Shown: positions 62,816-64,000 of the stretch, one piece after another
Layout of the letters: each line of letters begins with the position of its first letter
Position numbering within the stretch: the stretch's first letter is position 1
Assembly (NCBI GenBank): GCA_039545335.1
Contig: BCIN01000003.1
Location: 2,241,060-2,305,059 of the forward strand
Origin: Kondoa subrosea
Taxonomy: Eukaryota
Length of the DNA: 64,000 bases
Direction of reading: 5' to 3'
The notes under the pieces: generated by a model
Databases searched by the model: none
Told to the model about the DNA's origin: nothing
The model's input: the letters and a program-made list of their open reading frames with translations, nothing else
Translations under genes and position numbers: made by a program

Positions 62816-64000
62816 GGTGTAGAGGGTCGACTCAATCCAAAAGTCACAAGAGTCTCATATTACTAATCAAGAGATGGAGATCCGGAATTCTGCAATCCTT
62901 TCTCTTCACTGAACTATATATTGAGAAGGATTGCAGGTAAGTGTACATAATACAGACATAACTGAACTATATATTGAGAAGGATTGCAGTTACAGAACAT
63001 TCCTCCTCTTCATGAATGGCGGAACATCTTGTGGGTATTTCTTGAAACATCTATACTTTCCTTCTTTGTTCCCATCCTCAAAATGACCAGTTTTCTTGCA
63101 GTAATTACATTTGAGTAAAGATCTTCCATTGCGGGAATCGTTGACCCTGCCAGCTAACAGAGCTGTTGCATTCTCTTCACTCTGCCTTCTCTCGAAATCA
63201 AGAATTCTTGATTCGACTGCTAATTCAGACATTTGAGGAAGTTCGTTGACCAAGATCTCTTTCACAATAGCGCAAGATGTCGGAAGATTGGCAACAAGTA
63301 GGAACTTATAGAATAGCGTTGAGACCTTTTCATCTACTTGTTCTAAAGCGGTCTTCCTGTCTCTCATGGCTGTAATGAATTCAGATAGGGTTGAGAATTG
63401 TTCGGGTCGGCAAAAGACAAATGCGTTCATGCGCTGAAATGGTACAGATCCTCCTTTTGGCGAGAATTGTTCTTGAAGTATAGACCATGCATCATAGGAA
63501 GTAGTACAATTCTTGATGTGTACCAGCACTTGATCCGTAACATTCATTCTTATGGATGTCAACGCCAATCGATCACTTCTGCCCCATGCCTTCAGATCAA
63601 TTTCATATTGAGCAAACTTTGGATCCAATTGATCTGAGCCTTTGATATTTGAAGAAGAAGAAGAAGAGAAGATCGGCGCAGTAGGTGGTTTGATCTCTCC
63701 AAGTGCAAAGTCTTCGAGCTGGTACGTTGCCAGGTAATCGCTAATGCGAACTTTCCAATCTGAGTAGTTGGTAGCATTTAATTTCTCTTGTACTTGAAAT
63801 GGCTTATAATTTGGTCGATCGTACAAAGAGGTCGACATCGTAAGATTGATGTGTGAGATAGATAATATCTCAGATGTAAAGATGATACAGATAGAATTTC
63901 AAGAAATTGAGATGATATTGATCCACTCAGTTGAGCAAATTTGAGATTCAAATGAAAATTTGCTGAAGGTCAGAGGAGCGCGCCAAGGCTCATAACCTGT

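Larger units (their letters stand above)
57703..62997 (+). mobile_element. Intact Ty1/Copia retrotransposon D; LTRs 57703-58042 (with N gap) and 62766-62997; TSD CATTC
   Basis: LTRs identical where readable; PBS 58043-58053; PPT 62756-62765; CATTC at 57698-57702 and 62998-63002. Confidence 0.97.
53947..64000 (-). mobile_element. Ty1/Copia retrotransposon C, interrupted by element D; 3' LTR 53947-54142, 5' LTR begins at 63998
   Basis: gag 63838-63003 joins pol 57702-54138 in frame once D and one TSD are removed (KRRNESEPLKQESAN...YMSAM); PBS 63987-63997; PPT 54143-54152; LTR TGT...ACA. Confidence 0.95.

Noticed and set aside
45376..62989. 28-41 bp direct repeats with short spacers resembling mini-CRISPR arrays
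   Set aside because: Only two copies each, inside LTRs of a eukaryotic genome, with no cas genes.

Overview
Eukaryotic DNA from a compact, intron-rich fungal genome. It looks basidiomycete, possibly Pucciniomycotina (inferred from gene style, not verified). Positions 1-40 kb are gene-dense with about 50-60 nt introns and encode an NYN-domain protein, amidase, TANGO2/NRDE, TPI, an SLC35F transporter, a C2H2 zinc-finger protein, CRAL-TRIO, a Sec7-PH GEF, Urb2, V-ATPase C, glucosidase I, a PLP aminotransferase, proteasome alpha7, Tim10 and Ies2, plus two intron-containing tRNAs (Leu-CAG, Trp-CCA). From about 40.2 kb to the end there are no recognisable host genes, only a nest of Ty1/Copia LTR retrotransposons: two degenerate elements (A, B), element C split by the intact, oppositely oriented element D, and LTR fragments. 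The most striking signal is that four LTR families with unrelated sequence share one architecture near the U5 end: a hairpin, repeat X ending in CAG, a GT donor, and a 50-59 nt intron-like segment ending in a second copy of X-CAG, then a very short U5 and (where the internal region follows) a half-tRNA(iMet) PBS. This suggests a spliceosomal intron in the LTR that reverse transcription could regenerate each cycle. Gene models and exon boundaries were read by eye and are approximate.
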